From assembly GCA_947589345.1 (NCBI GenBank), contig CANQAC010000001.1, positions 54,757 to 118,756 on the forward strand: a stretch of 64,000 nucleotides of DNA. The letters run 5' to 3'. Positions 48,149 to 57,851 of the stretch are shown here, piece after piece. A program made the translations under genes and the position numbers. The DNA comes from an uncultured Akkermansia sp. Lineage in GTDB: Bacteria > Verrucomicrobiota > Verrucomicrobiia > Verrucomicrobiales > Akkermansiaceae. Under the pieces are notes generated by a model that was given only the letters and a program-made list of their open reading frames with translations, made no database searches and was not told the origin of the DNA. The number at the start of each line of letters is the position of its first letter. Positions within the stretch are counted from its first letter, which is position 1.

Positions 48149-50445
48149 AGCTCCTCATTTGGTTGCATCATGCGAAGCAGCGTAGCCTCGTCAATGATGG
48201 GCACGCCTGCCTTGACAGCTTTCTCGCGTTTGCTGCCTCCGCCTTCTCCGGCAACCAAATAACTCGTTTTTTTCGTTACCGACCCGCTTGCCTTTCCTCC
48301 GGCAGCGCTGATGCGTCGCTCCATCTCATCGCGTGGGATACTCAAAGCTCCGGTTAGTACAAAAGTCAGTCCTGTCAGGGGGCCTTGCTTTCCTTCCGCC
48401 GGATTCTGGACATAGCAATCAGAGACGGGCAGAATTCCCAACTCATGCAGCTCATTCAGCACATGCTTTCCAGCGCTTGATTCCCAATAAGCCAAGAGCT
48501 TGCGACAGGAGACGGAACCAATGGGGTTGACGAGGCGTAATTTGTTCTTTCCATCTGGTTCCAGCGATAAATACCCACGCTCCATATATGTCGCCGCCGA
48601 TCCGTGTATCCTTCGCAGGAGTTCAGCTCGTTGGCTTTCAAGACCAGCTCTCTCTTTGCCCTTATTGGACGGGGATTCAGGGTTTAGTTTGTTGTAAGCG
48701 CTGATGCTATCCTCCAGTTCAACGAGGGTACGGAGGTAATCAGAGTTGGCCAGCTCATTGATATCGCGATGGTATTTTGCAACTTCTCGTGCGGTGATGC
48801 TTCCGATGGAAGGGATGCCGAAAGCCGTAATCCAGCGTTCCATGGGAAATTTGCGAGCTCTTTCCAAAGAGTCAATAGCCTTCGAGGCGTTTTTTTCGCC
48901 AAAGCGGCGTGGATCCTTCGTTGTGCCCAGATTAAGCGCTCCGAGTTTTTCCCGGGTAAGCTTAAAGAGTTCCAGTGGCGTACGTATCAGCCCTGTGTTC
49001 ACTAGAGCCTCAGCTACCACACCACCGAGATTTTCAATGTCGAGAGCTGCGCGAGAACAAAAATAACTTGTACGCGTCACTGCCTGAGCAGGGCAAGCAA
49101 AGTTTGTGCAACGCCATGCCACTTGCCCCTCTTCTTTCGAGACGGGTGCGCCGCAGCTGGGGCATACACCGCCAACTGCTTCCGACAAACTGTAGGGCTG
49201 TGCCATTGCGGACCTTTTAGCTTCTACCACCTTCACGACAGAGGGAATGATTTCTCCTGCTTTTTCGACGAGTACGGTGTCACCAATGCGTACGTCTTTA
49301 CGAGCGATTTCATCCTGGTTATGCAGGGTGGCACGCGATACCGTGGAACCGGAGATAAGTACCGGTTCCAACTCCGCCACAGGCGTGAGTACACCAGTGC
49401 GCCCTACTTGCACGGTGATTCCCAGTAACTTGGTTTCCCTTTGCTCTGGTAAATATTTAAAAGCAGCAGCCCAGCGAGGGGCCCGTGCAGTGGTTCCTAA
49501 CTCATCGCGTCGCGCAAAGTCATTCAGCTTCACCACAGCGCCATCCGTGCCGAATCCCAGTCCTCGACGTCGACGGTCCATCTCCTTCACTGTCGCCCGT
49601 AGTTCATCTAAACTGTGTGCATGCAGGATAGGTTTGTTGTATGGTATTTGCATGGCTGCAAGCAAGTGTTCATAGTCATCCATGCAGTGCAGGGGAGGGC
49701 CGTCATAGGCCCCCATTCCATGAGCCAGGAAACGCAGAGGTCGCCGAGCAACCTCCGTTGCATCAAGAAGCTTAATGGTGCCCGCTGTCGCATTACGCGG
49801 GTTGGCGAAGGCAGGCAATCCTTCCGCATCGCGTTGTGCATTCAGCTCATCAAATTCTGCGGAAGGCATAAAAATTTCCCCCCGCACCTCCAGTACATTC
49901 GGCGCTCCAGACGGTAGTTTTTGAGGAATGCTCTTGACTGTACGAACATTGGTGGTTATATCATCCCCCACATTTCCGTCCCCGCGCGTGGCCGCGTATG
50001 CAAGTTCTCCTCCGCGGTACATAAGCGTCACTGCACAGCCATCTATTTTAGGCTCTACCACTACATGGGGTGACACTTCTCCAAGCGCCTGACCTAGCCT
50101 TTTGTAAAAATCTATCAACTCTTCGTCGGTCTCTTGCCTGGGTGCAGCCTTGTGCTCAAAGACGTCATCAATGCTGAGCATCGGTATCGGGTGCTTGATT
50201 TTAGCAAATCCTTCAGCCAAATCATTTCCTACCCGCTGAGTTGGCGACTCTGCCGTTTTATATTCCGGGTGCCGTGTCTCTATTTCTTCTATCTCGTGGT
50301 ACAGCCGATCGTACTCAGCGTCTGTAATTTCAGGCGTAGCTTTCGCGTAGTACAGCTCATTATTGTGGTTCACCACGCGGCAGAGTTCCTCGTAGTGGGA
50401 ACGTTCATCTATTTCATGCCGGCTTGAGTATTCAAAAAGATCCAT
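48145..50445 (-). CDS. ligA: NAD-dependent DNA ligase
   Basis: EPKIDG (adenylated Lys), ATRGDG, EVRGE, GTDGAVVK, QVGRTG, C4 zinc finger, BRCT (FVLTGAL); start likely MDLF at 50445 after TTGACC-N17-TATACT. Confidence 0.97.
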   Translation of the reverse strand: MDLFEYSSRHEIDERSHYEELCRVVNHNNELYYAKATPEITDAEYDRLYHEIEEIETRHPEYKTAESPTQRVGNDLAEGFAKIKHPIPMLSIDDVFEHKAAPRQETDEELIDFYKRLGQALGEVSPHVVVEPKIDGCAVTLMYRGGELAYAATRGDGNVGDDITTNVRTVKSIPQKLPSGAPNVLEVRGEIFMPSAEFDELNAQRDAEGLPAFANPRNATAGTIKLLDATEVARRPLRFLAHGMGAYDGPPLHCMDDYEHLLAAMQIPYNKPILHAHSLDELRATVKEMDRRRRGLGFGTDGAVVKLNDFARRDELGTTARAPRWAAAFKYLPEQRETKLLGITVQVGRTGVLTPVAELEPVLISGSTVSRATLHNQDEIARKDVRIGDTVLVEKAGEIIPSVVKVVEAKRSAMAQPYSLSEAVGGVCPSCGAPVSKEEGQVAWRCTNFACPAQAVTRTSYFCSRAALDIENLGGVVAEALVNTGLIRTPLELFKLTREKLGALNLGTTKDPRRFGEKNASKAIDSLERARKFPMERWITAFGIPSIGSITAREVAKYHRDINELANSDYLRTLVELEDSISAYNKLNPESPSNKGKERAGLESQRAELLRRIHGSAATYMERGYLSLEPDGKNKLRLVNPIGSVSCRKLLAYWESSAGKHVLNELHELGILPVSDCYVQNPAEGKQGPLTGLTFVLTGALSIPRDEMERRISAAGGKASGSVTKKTSYLVAGEGGGSKREKAVKAGVPIIDEATLLRMMQPNEEL

Positions 50446-50550
50446 TCCTGAGCTCGAGTATATCATCTTCCCCTTCTCGGGTCAATGTGCATCTTTGCCC
50501 TCTTCCTCGTCTGCGAGTGCCGTTTCTCGATACACACGTGCAAAAAAGGC

Positions 50551-50579
50551 TTGCATACAACGTTCTGCTCGTGTAGAAT
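50551..50579 (+). promoter_or_regulatory. tRNA promoter
   Basis: TTGCAT-N17-TAGAAT. Confidence 0.75.
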
Positions 50580-50590
50580 CCGCACACCCC

Positions 50591-50662
50591 GCCGGTTTAG
50601 CTCAGTGGTAGAGCACCCGATTTGTAATCGGACGGTCGTCAGTTCGAATCTGACAACCGGCT
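50591..50662 (+). tRNA. tRNA-Thr (anticodon TGT)
   Basis: Cloverleaf: GCCGGTT/AACCGGC acceptor, GCTC/GAGC D arm, TTTGTAA anticodon loop, GTCAG-TTCGAAT-CTGAC T arm; CCA not encoded. Confidence 0.97.
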
Positions 50663-51128
50663 TGAGGGGGAGGAGGGGCGGAAATGCTAGGGGGTAGCGA
50701 GTAAAATGGGGTGTCGGGGTTTTCATGGTAAAGGTAATCACCTTCAGCCCTCAAGCTTTTCTGCAAGTTACCGCACACTCTGCCGACTTTACGGAATTGT
50801 TTCGTTGGGTCATTACGGAGAGAGAAGAAAGTGAAAGTCCCCTCTCGAAATGCAAATTAGTGGGCGGATAGCCGGCACCGTGTTCGCACGCACCCCTGCA
50901 CGAGTGTGCAACCTATGGCAAGAGATATTTTGGCACTAAGAATGGGTCGGAGTCCTCTTTCTTTTCGCACGGAAGGGCGCTATGCGCGATCCTTCCCTCG
51001 GTTTTGGAGCGTCATGCATTCAGTTCACCCGTACCTTACCGTGGAGTTTTTCGGCAACATTATGACTTGACTTCTTCGTTATGACATGTTAGAAGCTTCG
51101 CCGTTCTTTTTAACGAACAGCGTAAAAG

Positions 51129-53219
51129 ATGCCGGAAAAGAAACATTTGTTATACATTGATGGCCTGCGAGGTTTGGCGATCATCCTGATTATCTTGTTC
51201 CATATGGGTGAAAGCATGTGGGCGCATGGGTGGCTCGGGGTGGACATTTTCTTGGTCATGAGCGGGTACTTCCTCACGAGGGGGCGTCTATCGACATCCT
51301 CCTTATGGGGGGGCTCTGAAACTTTTTCCTTCGTTAAAAGACGCGTTCAGCGCATTGTCTTTCCCATGTTGGTCGCTATTCTGCTGGCCATTCTTGTCGG
51401 TTTCTTCCTACTTGGCAATGGACAGGAAGATCTGACCTGTGACGAGGGGTGGTGGGCATGTATCTTTCGAGCGAATTTCTTTTTGACAAAGCGTCTCGGG
51501 GATTACTTTGCCCCCGATTCTTCGTACATGCCCCTACTGCCCATGTGGTATCTCTCTGTACTCTTCCAAGTGTACCTCTTGTTTGCCGTGGGCAATGCTC
51601 TTCTGCAGCGTCTTCCCCGGCTTTGGCTCAGTGTCGTACTCGGTTTAGCGGCATTTCTTTCTTTTGCGCTTGATTTCAGTTTCTTAGCGCACAATGTTCT
51701 CGAAGAGTTAGAGCTCCCTGTTTGGGAGCAAGAGAGTGAGGTTTCCTATTACTCCACCCTCCCGAGAATCTGGGAGGTCATGGCGGGGGGATGGCTCGCA
51801 TGCATGGCGTCTCCCGTCGGCAGTTCTCCCCGCCGAGTCTGTTTGTACAGTCTCATAGGTTGCGCATTCATTTTGCTTCCGGCTCTCGGGGTACTCCCGG
51901 GTTGCCCGGATGAAATAGCCAAGTTGCTGTGCATCATCGGCACGTTGCTTGTAATTCGTTACGCACCCTTGAGTCCGCTCAATCGAGTCCTTTCAAACCG
52001 CGTTCTCACATGGCTCGGCTCTATTTCCTTTTCACTCTATTTGGTCCACATGCCCGTGATTGTTTCTCTGCGACTGTGGTCATTAGGACTTTTTGGATGG
52101 CCTTATCAACTTACGGCCTTTGTGTTGAGCATTGTGCTCGCCTGGTGCTTCTGGTTCCTCATAGAGACCCGGAAACCGGCATTCTGGTTCATTCTGCTAC
52201 TTTGGGTCGGTACACTTCTGCTCTGTCGTCAGGGGCGAAAGAGTGACGGTTTCAGTGATTGGGTGAATGCTACCCTCCACATCAAGGGGGAGGGAGGCTC
52301 AAGTAATCTCCCCTACAAAGAGAAACAGCTTTGCGATGATCCGACTACCACGAAACACTGGAATCCCGCACAATCTCGTGCCGGTGGCAATGGCAAAAAC
52401 GGCGCACCCCTCCCTCTGTTGCACATAGGGGATAAATCCAAGACTCCTTTCTTTGTGTTGATGGGGGATAGTCATGCCGAACATTTGTACGCAGGTTTAG
52501 ATCAAGCGATGCGTAAGGAAAAACTTTCCGGCGTGTACTTCATGCCTTATACAGTCCCCTTCTATGACATTCCTCTCCGTAAATTCAACATGAACATCCG
52601 GGCTACCTTTGAGTGGTTGCGTGCCAATCCGCACCTCACTCACGTTATTATTGCCCAAAGATGGATTTCCCGCTGGGACGGGTATTACTGGGGCGACAAA
52701 AAGGTTCGCGCAATGACCTTTCTTGGCGACGCCTCTTATCTTCGGAATCGAAAATACACGCCTGATGAACTTCAGAGCAGAAGGCGCATCACTGAGGCTT
52801 TGCGTGAGTATCTCACCGTGTTGCGGGATATGGGCAAGAAAGTCATTCTCATCGCGCCAACACCTGAATTCGGCAGCGCTCTGCTATTCAATAAAGTCCT
52901 TCAATGGCATAATGAGCCCGCCCTCACTAAGGCAACATTGAACTGTTCGCGAGAACTTTACCTTGCTTACAATGATCAAGTATTCAAGGTCTTTCGTCAG
53001 CTCCGTGATGAAGGGTTATGCGAAGCGATCGTCGAGCCTCTCAGCACGTTGCGGCCGGGCAAAAACGCCTTTTCGTGCGTGAGCGATGGACAATACTTAA
53101 TGCGAGACGGCAATCATCTGAGCACCTACGGTTCCCTCGTCATGGTACAGAAGCTGCTGCCAAGTATACGCGCGGCGCTTTTGGAAAAATCTCCGCCTCC
53201 TGCCCCTCAGGTTCCGTGA
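51129..53219 (+). CDS. OafA-like O-acyltransferase (Acyl_transf_3 + C-terminal SGNH domain)
   Basis: IDGLRGLAI, GVDIFLVMSGY, WYLSV, GSISFSLYLVHMPV, GDSHA, DGNHLS. Confidence 0.92.
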   Translation: MPEKKHLLYIDGLRGLAIILIILFHMGESMWAHGWLGVDIFLVMSGYFLTRGRLSTSSLWGGSETFSFVKRRVQRIVFPMLVAILLAILVGFFLLGNGQEDLTCDEGWWACIFRANFFLTKRLGDYFAPDSSYMPLLPMWYLSVLFQVYLLFAVGNALLQRLPRLWLSVVLGLAAFLSFALDFSFLAHNVLEELELPVWEQESEVSYYSTLPRIWEVMAGGWLACMASPVGSSPRRVCLYSLIGCAFILLPALGVLPGCPDEIAKLLCIIGTLLVIRYAPLSPLNRVLSNRVLTWLGSISFSLYLVHMPVIVSLRLWSLGLFGWPYQLTAFVLSIVLAWCFWFLIETRKPAFWFILLLWVGTLLLCRQGRKSDGFSDWVNATLHIKGEGGSSNLPYKEKQLCDDPTTTKHWNPAQSRAGGNGKNGAPLPLLHIGDKSKTPFFVLMGDSHAEHLYAGLDQAMRKEKLSGVYFMPYTVPFYDIPLRKFNMNIRATFEWLRANPHLTHVIIAQRWISRWDGYYWGDKKVRAMTFLGDASYLRNRKYTPDELQSRRRITEALREYLTVLRDMGKKVILIAPTPEFGSALLFNKVLQWHNEPALTKATLNCSRELYLAYNDQVFKVFRQLRDEGLCEAIVEPLSTLRPGKNAFSCVSDGQYLMRDGNHLSTYGSLVMVQKLLPSIRAALLEKSPPPAPQVP

Positions 53220-53348
53220 CAACCCGATTTGCGTACGGATTACTCAGGATACGCACTCCGCTAAGAACTCTCTTCGGCTCGACTTTTCGCTCGGTTCAGT
53301 ACGTGACAGTCGTTCGACTTCGTTTTATGCGGAATCCTTGAAGGAGCG

Positions 53349-53398
53349 AAAAAAGAGCCGCCCCGAAGCTCCTCCGATGGAGGAAAGCGGGGCGGTTC
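53349..53398 (-). terminator. Terminator of OMP paralog 3
   Basis: GAGCCGCCCCG...CGGGGCGGTTC stem with an inner CCTCC/GGAGG hairpin; A6 run on + is the U tail on -. Confidence 0.8.
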
Positions 53399-53433
53399 GT
53401 GATGGAGGCTTTTCTATGCTCTGGTGTAGCAGG

Positions 53434-54354
53434 TTAAAAAGTGCAGGAAAGGCCGCAGCGCACGGTGTTGTGGTATTGGCGGGGGGAGGAGTAGGAGGCG
53501 TCGTCCCATTCTTCTTGCGGGGCGCGTTTGGGATGGGCGGAGGAGCCGCTGAACTGATAGGCGGCAAAGAGGCCGATGTGCGGAGTGATGTTGTAGCGCA
53601 GGCCTATTTCTGCGGAGTAGGTGAAGGCGTAGTCGGAGTCATGCCATTTGATGGTGGTGGGGTAGTAACCTTCTGGTGCGCCAAGAAAGTTATCGTATTC
53701 TCTGCATTTGAGGCTGCGGGAGATGATGCCAATGTTGGCTCCGAGGAAGAGATGGGCGTTTTCCGAGAGACCAAAGGTGTAACGCAACCCCGGCATGAGG
53801 ATGAAGTCGGTTACCTTGTAGCGCTCGGAGTAACCATCATCCGAATACGTTAAGGAGTCGCTGCCGTAAGCAAAGCCGAAACGTATGTTGGCTGAGAGTC
53901 CCGAAGTGATGGTGCGTGCAACGGTGATATCTGCACCGTAGGTGTTGACTTTAGGGGCAAGTTCTTCCCAGTCTGCACGCATGATGGGGCGGGTGGCAAA
54001 GTTTGCGGATCCGGCTATCTCTACGGACCAGGGTGATGGGGTTGCTTTGGGCTGGGGAGTGGGAGCTGGTTGTTCTTGTGGGGGTGTTGCCGGAGTGGGT
54101 GCGAGGTTTTCCGGCGAGACCGGGGCGTAAGTGTAGCCAGCGAGGTTGAAGGTTTGCCCGGGGTAGACGTAGGTGGATCGGGTGGATCGTGACGCCGGGG
54201 AGGTGTTGATGGGAGCGTAGGTGTAGCCGGCAAGATTAAAGGCTTGTCCGGGGGTGACGGGACCCACGACAGCAGGGGTACAGGGGTATGCGCCTGCGGT
54301 GAGAGTACCTGCGACGAGCAGGGCGACAGCAGAGATTGTTGGGTGGTGTTTCAT
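53434..54354 (-). CDS. Outer-membrane beta-barrel protein, paralog 3, with N-terminal repeats and Pro-rich linker
   Basis: Same strand motifs as 26581/27368 (TYGADIT, NIRFG, LMPG.R, GANIG, YSAEIG); terminal GLSCTF. Confidence 0.85.
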   Translation of the reverse strand: MKHHPTISAVALLVAGTLTAGAYPCTPAVVGPVTPGQAFNLAGYTYAPINTSPASRSTRSTYVYPGQTFNLAGYTYAPVSPENLAPTPATPPQEQPAPTPQPKATPSPWSVEIAGSANFATRPIMRADWEELAPKVNTYGADITVARTITSGLSANIRFGFAYGSDSLTYSDDGYSERYKVTDFILMPGLRYTFGLSENAHLFLGANIGIISRSLKCREYDNFLGAPEGYYPTTIKWHDSDYAFTYSAEIGLRYNITPHIGLFAAYQFSGSSAHPKRAPQEEWDDASYSSPRQYHNTVRCGLSCTF

Positions 54355-54405
54355 AGTGCGGCGCATTTTAGCAGGTCCGGCAGACGTAAACAAGGAAAAA
54401 TTTGC

Positions 54406-54416
54406 GGGGGGGGGGG
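54406..54416. repeat. G11 homopolymer (C11 on the OMP3 coding strand) upstream of the OMP3 -35 box
   Basis: Read directly; promoter TTGTTT(54393-54388)-N17-TAAAAT(54370-54365) on the minus strand. Confidence 0.9.
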
Positions 54417-54657
54417 TGGTAAACGCTTTATTATGAATAAATAAGAATCTTTTTGGGCCGGCTCATTGTACAGGAGGAAAGCGCCTTGGAAGTGAGAGGA
54501 AGTCGGAATGGAGAAGGAGTGAGGTAGGAAGGGGAACGTGGGAAGGTACCTATTTAAAGGAGCTGCTTTGTGTCTGTCTGGGAACTTTATTTTTGCGACA
54601 GTGAAGGGTTTGTCAAATTTGCTTGAGAAGGAGGAGAGGATGGAGTATAGTGAGGTC

Positions 54658-56148
54658 ATGAAGACGTACCAAGTGATACTCGTAGTCGCGTGTGCAATGA
54701 TTGGGGTAGGTTTTGGAGCAACGGATAAAAAGGAGGGGGCTCGGAAAGCGATTCCGAACTTGGGACGCGTGATGTTTATCGGCGATTCCATTACGCACGG
54801 GGTAGCTACAGGTTCCTACCGCTGGGCTCTGCATAAGGTATGGGTGGATAATGGTATTGACTTCGAGGTGGTCGGAGTGGAGACAGGGAACAATGGTCGC
54901 GGGGTAGCAGCCGGAACTGTGTACATCGGCAAAGAATTTAACAATAAGCACGCGGCCATGAGTTCTCAGCGTGCGTATGAAACTGCGGGGCGCCTTCATA
55001 CTTCCGGCCGTTTGGATGGCACGGATATTCTGGATTGGCTCGGTATCGATAAAACATACACTGGTTCACGCCGGATTGAAGGGAAGGCGCCGGATACGTA
55101 TTTTATCTTACTGGGCACAAATGATACGTTGAGTGACTACCAGAAGAAAGGAGGGATAGGGGGTCATGAAAATGAGGCTCAGGCGGCGTTGTTGGACAAG
55201 AAAAAGGGAGATCTGACCGTCATCGTGGATGCTATTCGGCAGGTTAACAGCAAGGCGCGTATTTTGGTGCTCTCCGTTCCCACGTGGGGGGATATTGCTC
55301 CGGGCAATAACGATCGTCCAGAGGATTATGCAGCCATTGTGCACAATTACGATAAGAAGTTGGCCGCGTGGGCAAAAAGCAAGAAAGTGATATTGGCAGA
55401 TGTGAATCAGGGACTCATCGATGTAGCGAACACGGAGAAGCCCTATAAAGGAGTACCGGACTTCTTTAACAAAACGGATGGTCTGCACCCCACGCCTCAG
55501 GGGGACCTGCTTATAGCCGGTCGAGTAGCGCAAGCGCTGGGGTTAGCGGGTCGATCCGGAGGAGTAGTGCGGAAGGCGGCTGCTAAGTTTGACATGTCGG
55601 CAGCAAGTTTGTATGAAGCGGCGAGCTCCAAGAATGGTGTGGAACTCAAGGATGATACGCTTACGATCGCGGCGGGTAAGGAGATTAAAGTTAATTGGCC
55701 TGAGAACTCTGACCTGAGTAAGGGATTTACTGTGAACTTGAGAGTCAGCGTGGGAAATGGGGCTGCCGGGGGATGGGATACGGAGAAAGGTCTCGTACTC
55801 AACGTCGGCAATGGCGAACACAGCGGCCAGCTCACGATCACTGAAAGTTATCTCGTTTGGAATGGGTCAGACATCATTTTCTCGGCAGATATGTCCAAAA
55901 ATACCCAAGCGCTGCGCGTTTCGTGGCTTCCGGGAAGCACATCTTCCAATGTGCCGAGTGGTTTTTATGTTTGGGTAGGAGATATGCTGGTGGGTGAAGC
56001 ATTAGCAGATGATGGCGCTGCGACCAAGGGCATTGCCCTGAGTAACTCCAGCAGCACGGCGATTAAAGTCGAACATCCTGCAGCAGACGGTACGGCGAGC
56101 GCGCCGGCGCCCAAAGGCTACGTGAAAGAGGAGACGCTTGCCAAATGA
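54658..56148 (+). CDS. Secreted SGNH/GDSL hydrolase with C-terminal beta-rich domain
   Basis: Signal peptide; FIGDSITHG, LLGTND, DGLHP catalytic blocks; TTGAGA-N17-TATAGT-N6-ATG. Confidence 0.88.
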   Translation: MKTYQVILVVACAMIGVGFGATDKKEGARKAIPNLGRVMFIGDSITHGVATGSYRWALHKVWVDNGIDFEVVGVETGNNGRGVAAGTVYIGKEFNNKHAAMSSQRAYETAGRLHTSGRLDGTDILDWLGIDKTYTGSRRIEGKAPDTYFILLGTNDTLSDYQKKGGIGGHENEAQAALLDKKKGDLTVIVDAIRQVNSKARILVLSVPTWGDIAPGNNDRPEDYAAIVHNYDKKLAAWAKSKKVILADVNQGLIDVANTEKPYKGVPDFFNKTDGLHPTPQGDLLIAGRVAQALGLAGRSGGVVRKAAAKFDMSAASLYEAASSKNGVELKDDTLTIAAGKEIKVNWPENSDLSKGFTVNLRVSVGNGAAGGWDTEKGLVLNVGNGEHSGQLTITESYLVWNGSDIIFSADMSKNTQALRVSWLPGSTSSNVPSGFYVWVGDMLVGEALADDGAATKGIALSNSSSTAIKVEHPAADGTASAPAPKGYVKEETLAK

Positions 56149-56164
56149 AGGCGGGAGAACTTGT

Positions 56165-57046
56165 TCAGCAAATTGACTCTCGCGCCTTTTTTGCCTCGGT
56201 AAGCCATTGTTGCAGTCCTTGGCTGTTCTTCTCTCGAAGGAGCCGCAGCACACGCTGTTGGTCCGCGATGCTCCGCTCCAAATACGGGCATATCGCTTCG
56301 GAATTTTGTGTGAGGATGTCTCTCCAAAGGGCTGGGGACCCGCTGCACACCCGTGTGGTGTCGCGAAATCCGGTTGAGGCCATCACGCGCAGGTGATCGA
56401 TGAGGAGACCATCATCCGGCATGGCAGCGCGCGCCGCGAGGGCCGCAAAAATATGCGGCGCATGCGAGATGGCCGCCACCACACTATCGTGGTGAGTCGC
56501 GTTTGTCTGAAAGACAGATGCTCCCAGTCTGCGCCAAAAACGAGCGACTCGTCCGAAAATGGCGTCATCTGCTTGATTTTCATTGGTTAACACAACAACC
56601 GCATTCTCGAAAAGATTCGCCTGGGCGTGTTCAATCCCTTGTTTTTCGGAGCCGGCCATGGGGTGCGAGCCGACAAAAATGTGCCCCGATTCCTTCAAAA
56701 AAGAGCCAACCCCGGCATGCACATCCTCCTTTGTAGAACCCACGTCCGTGACAACCGCGTTCCCCCCGAGTCCCCGTTCAAACTTTTTTGCCAAGTCTAA
56801 AAATGTACCCGTTGGCGTGCAGAGGACGATCAGATCGGCGCCTTTTACTGTCCCAAGAAGTCCTTGCGAACAGATATCTGCCAGTTTGTGCTCTCGTGCA
56901 AAATTCAGCGGTGATTTTCTTCTTGCCCACAGCCGGATTTGCACTCCGGGCATGTATTTTCGAATGGCCATGGCCAAGGAACCGCCGATGAGACCGGGAC
57001 CCAGGATGGCAACAGAGGAAAAAGGATTGGAGGAGCCGGAATTCAC
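56165..57046 (-). CDS. tyrA: Prephenate/arogenate dehydrogenase
   Basis: GPGLIGGS, VTDVGSTK, GSHPMAGSE, HD..VA.ISHAPH, GFRDTTR. Confidence 0.93.
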   Translation of the reverse strand: MNSGSSNPFSSVAILGPGLIGGSLAMAIRKYMPGVQIRLWARRKSPLNFAREHKLADICSQGLLGTVKGADLIVLCTPTGTFLDLAKKFERGLGGNAVVTDVGSTKEDVHAGVGSFLKESGHIFVGSHPMAGSEKQGIEHAQANLFENAVVVLTNENQADDAIFGRVARFWRRLGASVFQTNATHHDSVVAAISHAPHIFAALAARAAMPDDGLLIDHLRVMASTGFRDTTRVCSGSPALWRDILTQNSEAICPYLERSIADQQRVLRLLREKNSQGLQQWLTEAKKARESIC

Positions 57047-57696
57047 GGCACGTAGAATTGGAAATTAGTGCCGCGGACCTTCAGCTTCTTACCACTGGGG
57101 TATGGCTGGTTGGTTTTTGGGTTAATGATGCGAATCTTTTTGCTGGGATCCAGCGGATTCCAGACACGAGTTGGGTCGCCCTCCACTCTGGCCGCGGTGG
57201 GGATGGGCCCCGTGTTGGTGATCTGTTTAAGGTCTGTGTTGGGTGCAGACGGCGTGGTCGGGGTGGTTGCTGCCGGAGGCTGTTGGGGCGGTGTCAAATT
57301 GATGACCGTCGGCTGCACATTTTGTGCCGTTGGTTGGACTTCAGCCGGTACAGGCGTGGTTACAGGAGCCGGAACAGGGGCAGGAGTGACAGTCGTTGCA
57401 GGTTTCGGAACCGGTTGGGGGGCAATCACAGGCGCGGGAGCCGGTGCAGCAGCCGGGGGAGGAGAGGTCGGCGCAGCAGGAGCAGAGATGAAAGAGGAAG
57501 CTGCCGGAGCTTGCTCCCACGTCGTTGTCTGCACCGGCTGCTCCTCGGTTGGCGCTGGTTGCGGGGGGGCAGGAGCTTCGCGACGTGGCCGGTAGGGCAT
57601 CTCAGGCACAGGATCCGTATCCAGCACGCAACCCGGAAGACCGAGTGCTACGACACCCGTGCAACATGCGGTGAAAATGCGCGTCAACTTCATCAT
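57043..57696 (-). CDS. Pro/Ala-rich putative lipoprotein
   Basis: LGLPGC lipobox, long PAPAP linker, short C-terminal domain; promoter TTGACA-N17-TATAGT at 57748-57720. Confidence 0.75.
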   Translation of the reverse strand: MMKLTRIFTACCTGVVALGLPGCVLDTDPVPEMPYRPRREAPAPPQPAPTEEQPVQTTTWEQAPAASSFISAPAAPTSPPPAAAPAPAPVIAPQPVPKPATTVTPAPVPAPVTTPVPAEVQPTAQNVQPTVINLTPPQQPPAATTPTTPSAPNTDLKQITNTGPIPTAARVEGDPTRVWNPLDPSKKIRIINPKTNQPYPSGKKLKVRGTNFQFYVP

Positions 57697-57851
57697 ACAA
57701 ACAGGTATCAGACTGCCCAACTATAGGCCTCGATACCGGATTTGTCAACTCTAAAACGCGGCATGACCAGGCTTATCTGCGACTTCTTTCAAATTTGCAA
57801 AAATATGCGTTTTTTTTGAACAATATCGGGAGTATCGGGTATCAAACAGGC

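Noticed and set aside
50663-51128. Integrated element at tRNA-Thr, or an ncRNA (GAAAGTCC resembling RNase P RNA) in this intergenic region
   Set aside because: No duplicated tRNA 3' end or integrase nearby; the remaining RNase P conserved motifs are absent.
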